A stretch of 42,540 bases of DNA from Methanobacteriota archaeon (GTDB taxonomy: Archaea; Thermoplasmatota; Poseidoniia; Poseidoniales; Poseidoniaceae), in the NCBI GenBank assembly GCA_018650165.1, contig JABIGM010000057.1, positions 1 to 42,540 on the forward strand, given 5' to 3'. Numbering within the stretch: position 1 is the first letter of the stretch; every line of letters begins with the position of its first letter. Made by a program: the position numbers and the translations under genes. Of this stretch, positions 40,397 through 42,540 are shown in pieces. The notes below the pieces were generated by a model that saw only the letters and a list, made by a program, of their open reading frames with translations, did no database searches and was not told the origin of the DNA.

Positions 40397-42499
40397 ATGA
40401 GTGCGCAGACATCTGATGACATGTCCTCTCTCACAGTGGCCGAATTAAAGGCACTGTGTAAAGAAAATGGACTTTCAATGTCGGGCCGTAAAGCCGATTT
40501 AATCACCAGATTAGATGAACATATCAACGAAGAATCCATTTCACTAGAAGAAGTAGAAACCGTGCCACTGCCCTCATCTAAAAAAGAAGCAGAAACGGTC
40601 CCTTTGCCCGAATCTCAAGATGATGAAGTATTAGTTGCTGAATTCATTGATGCTGAAATAATCGAGGAAGAAATTGAACCAACGCCGGCATCTGCCAAGG
40701 GTAGTTCCAATTCTGTAACATTGATGGATCAAATAAAAAATCCTAAAATTGCGGCTGTTTTGATTACGATTCTCTTAGCATCAGGTGGCTGGTATTGGTA
40801 TGTTAATTCACAGTTACAACCCTTTACGGCTGATGATTTGAGGTACGGAGATTCAATGGAATATATCATCTTGAATGGCGATTTAGATGCCGATGGCGAA
40901 TATGTAGAATTGTTACGAGATAATTTCGAGACAGACCAATTGAATAATTCATGTCGTCTTCAATTAACATTTTCTGGAATGGGTACGACATCGGTTACTA
41001 ATGGCAATTCAAATGAATTAGCCTTCGAGCCCGATAGTTCTTTATTGGGCGCAGTACAAGCTAAAGGCGCATATGGTCTTGATTGGTTAGCAGTTGAAAA
41101 GGTACAGACTCGTAACTTCGACTCATTCCAATTATCACGTTACAATCCTAAACCACTGCAACCAGATGAATGCATGAGTCAATCCACGGGGGGTGTTGGC
41201 GGGACTCTAGAGTTTGATACAAAAACGTGGACTGAAATTTCCGAGCGTGATATAATTTCAACTCAAGCAGATTGGAAACTGAATCTAGATGGAGATTATA
41301 GTCAAGGTACCACAATGTCATATGGTTTAGGAGGCGTATTAGGGCTGTTAGAAGAAATTGCTCCAGGTGTGGCCATTGTTATTTCTCCTGTAGAAATCCG
41401 TGAAATGATGGGTTCACAATTAATCGATACCGGTACTAATGGAACACATTTGGGTTGGGAATGGAATGTAGTTGGCCCCGACGAAGTCGGCGATGAAGAA
41501 ATGTGGAAGGTTTCAATGGAAAACCGTCAAATCAGAGACAATTGTTTCGGACATGCAAGAATTACAATGTGGGTAATCGAAGACTCACCTTGGGCTGTAA
41601 AGCAAAACGTGGATGTTCAAATTTCAGGTGATGAAGGTGACAAATCTTCTTGCGGCACAATTAGTAAAGAATTTGCCGACCTAGTTCTCCCTGAAGGAAG
41701 TATTAGTCTTGCATTAGAGATGTCGAAAAACACCCTTACTCGTGGTGAGAAGTTGTTAGATATGGGTCGTAGTTATTCTTCAACTCCAAACGCTGGAGCT
41801 TATGTTCCAACGACGGAAGAATTGGTAGACTGGGGGGATTATGACATTCATTTGCCAGATAATAGCAGTCTTCGTTCTGAAACATTGGAAGACGCAATCG
41901 GTTGTCTAAGTTCAGGATTTGTCTCTGAAGCCGTAGCTGCTAATTCTGCATTAAACGATGACGGATACATATGGAGGGCGAGAGACGACCGCAACAGTGA
42001 GCCCGACGCCACTCGCTGGAATCTATCGTGGATCAGCACAGACCCTAATTCGGGCTGGGTTGTTATCGATGTGTCAGGGGCTCCAAGTTCAAATAATTGC
42101 GAATACATTGCACATGGAGGCCACGATGATAGCGTATCCCATAGTCGAAACGACATACCTTCAGCCCTGAACATAAGCATGCTTGAATCAGATTTAGTAG
42201 ATGCAATGCGATTCCCATCCCTGAATGGAGATAATGGATTCTTTACATCACAGGGCCAATACCATCCTGAAACAAGACTTGGCGTATTGGTGGTCACACC
42301 AGATAGTGAATATACAGATTGGTTAAATCGACTTAATTCAGGAGACACGGGTGCTACAACATTAGACCTGACGCGTTCTTGGACATCTTCAACTATAGTT
42401 GATGGCATAACCACACAATGGGACAATTCACTATCGTTAGCGATGGATGCCACTACAGGTCAAGTTATTGGTTGGAATCATATCCAAACGCCAATCTGA
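40397..42499 (+). CDS. SAP-domain single-pass membrane protein with large external domain
   Basis: LTVAELKALCKENGLSMSGRKADLITRL (SAP), acidic linker, TM IAAVLITILLASGGWYWYV, about 570-aa C-terminal region with several Cys. Confidence 0.85.
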   Translation: MSAQTSDDMSSLTVAELKALCKENGLSMSGRKADLITRLDEHINEESISLEEVETVPLPSSKKEAETVPLPESQDDEVLVAEFIDAEIIEEEIEPTPASAKGSSNSVTLMDQIKNPKIAAVLITILLASGGWYWYVNSQLQPFTADDLRYGDSMEYIILNGDLDADGEYVELLRDNFETDQLNNSCRLQLTFSGMGTTSVTNGNSNELAFEPDSSLLGAVQAKGAYGLDWLAVEKVQTRNFDSFQLSRYNPKPLQPDECMSQSTGGVGGTLEFDTKTWTEISERDIISTQADWKLNLDGDYSQGTTMSYGLGGVLGLLEEIAPGVAIVISPVEIREMMGSQLIDTGTNGTHLGWEWNVVGPDEVGDEEMWKVSMENRQIRDNCFGHARITMWVIEDSPWAVKQNVDVQISGDEGDKSSCGTISKEFADLVLPEGSISLALEMSKNTLTRGEKLLDMGRSYSSTPNAGAYVPTTEELVDWGDYDIHLPDNSSLRSETLEDAIGCLSSGFVSEAVAANSALNDDGYIWRARDDRNSEPDATRWNLSWISTDPNSGWVVIDVSGAPSSNNCEYIAHGGHDDSVSHSRNDIPSALNISMLESDLVDAMRFPSLNGDNGFFTSQGQYHPETRLGVLVVTPDSEYTDWLNRLNSGDTGATTLDLTRSWTSSTIVDGITTQWDNSLSLAMDATTGQVIGWNHIQTPI

Positions 42500-42508
42500 G
42501 GTGGGTAA

Positions 42509-42540
42509 ATGTCGGGAAGAGGGTTAGACGATTTAATGGA
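42509..42540 (+). CDS. Probable 5' end of the next gene (MSGRGLDDLM...)
   Basis: GAGGTG SD overlapping the previous stop, ATG 42509, frame open to the window edge; too short to identify. Confidence 0.35.
   Translation, partial: MSGRGLDDLM

Noticed and set aside
41848-42453. 201-aa minus-strand ORF
   Set aside because: Antisense to the SAP-domain protein; no motifs.

Overview
Gene-dense archaeal core-genome segment, most likely Marine Group II (Ca. Poseidoniales). This is inferred from archaeal markers (FEN-1 with PIP box, Sec61beta, archaeal type IV pilin, PGF-CTERM, XerA, two tRNAs without encoded CCA) sitting beside bacterial-type genes (A1 heme-copper oxidase operon, bifunctional RibD, RimK). 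About 42 CDS in order: a sugar-nucleotide/glycosyltransferase cluster; a pilin; a helicase-RDD-TsaC-Map run; a GNAT/deacetylase/GT-C/CoA-transferase run; fen with tRNA-Arg; trmG10-ribD; tRNA-Ser; the coxB-A-C-D-sco locus; Lrp, an m5C methyltransferase and Sec61beta; and an HhH/H1-like protein, xerA, rimK and a SAP-domain membrane protein. I found no CRISPR array, IS element or provirus. The strongest candidate for an undescribed system is the oxidase locus, where subunits I, II, III and Sco each carry extra external domains: a CxCH Reeler-like domain fused to subunit I, and an Sco fold split by three His/Met-rich DUF4430-like repeats. Non-coding signals are a candidate ~68-nt sRNA, a three-hairpin leader on xerA, and a recurrent TT[G/C]A[A/T] box about 30 bp upstream of many starts. 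All family assignments come from motif recognition by eye; no database searches were run.
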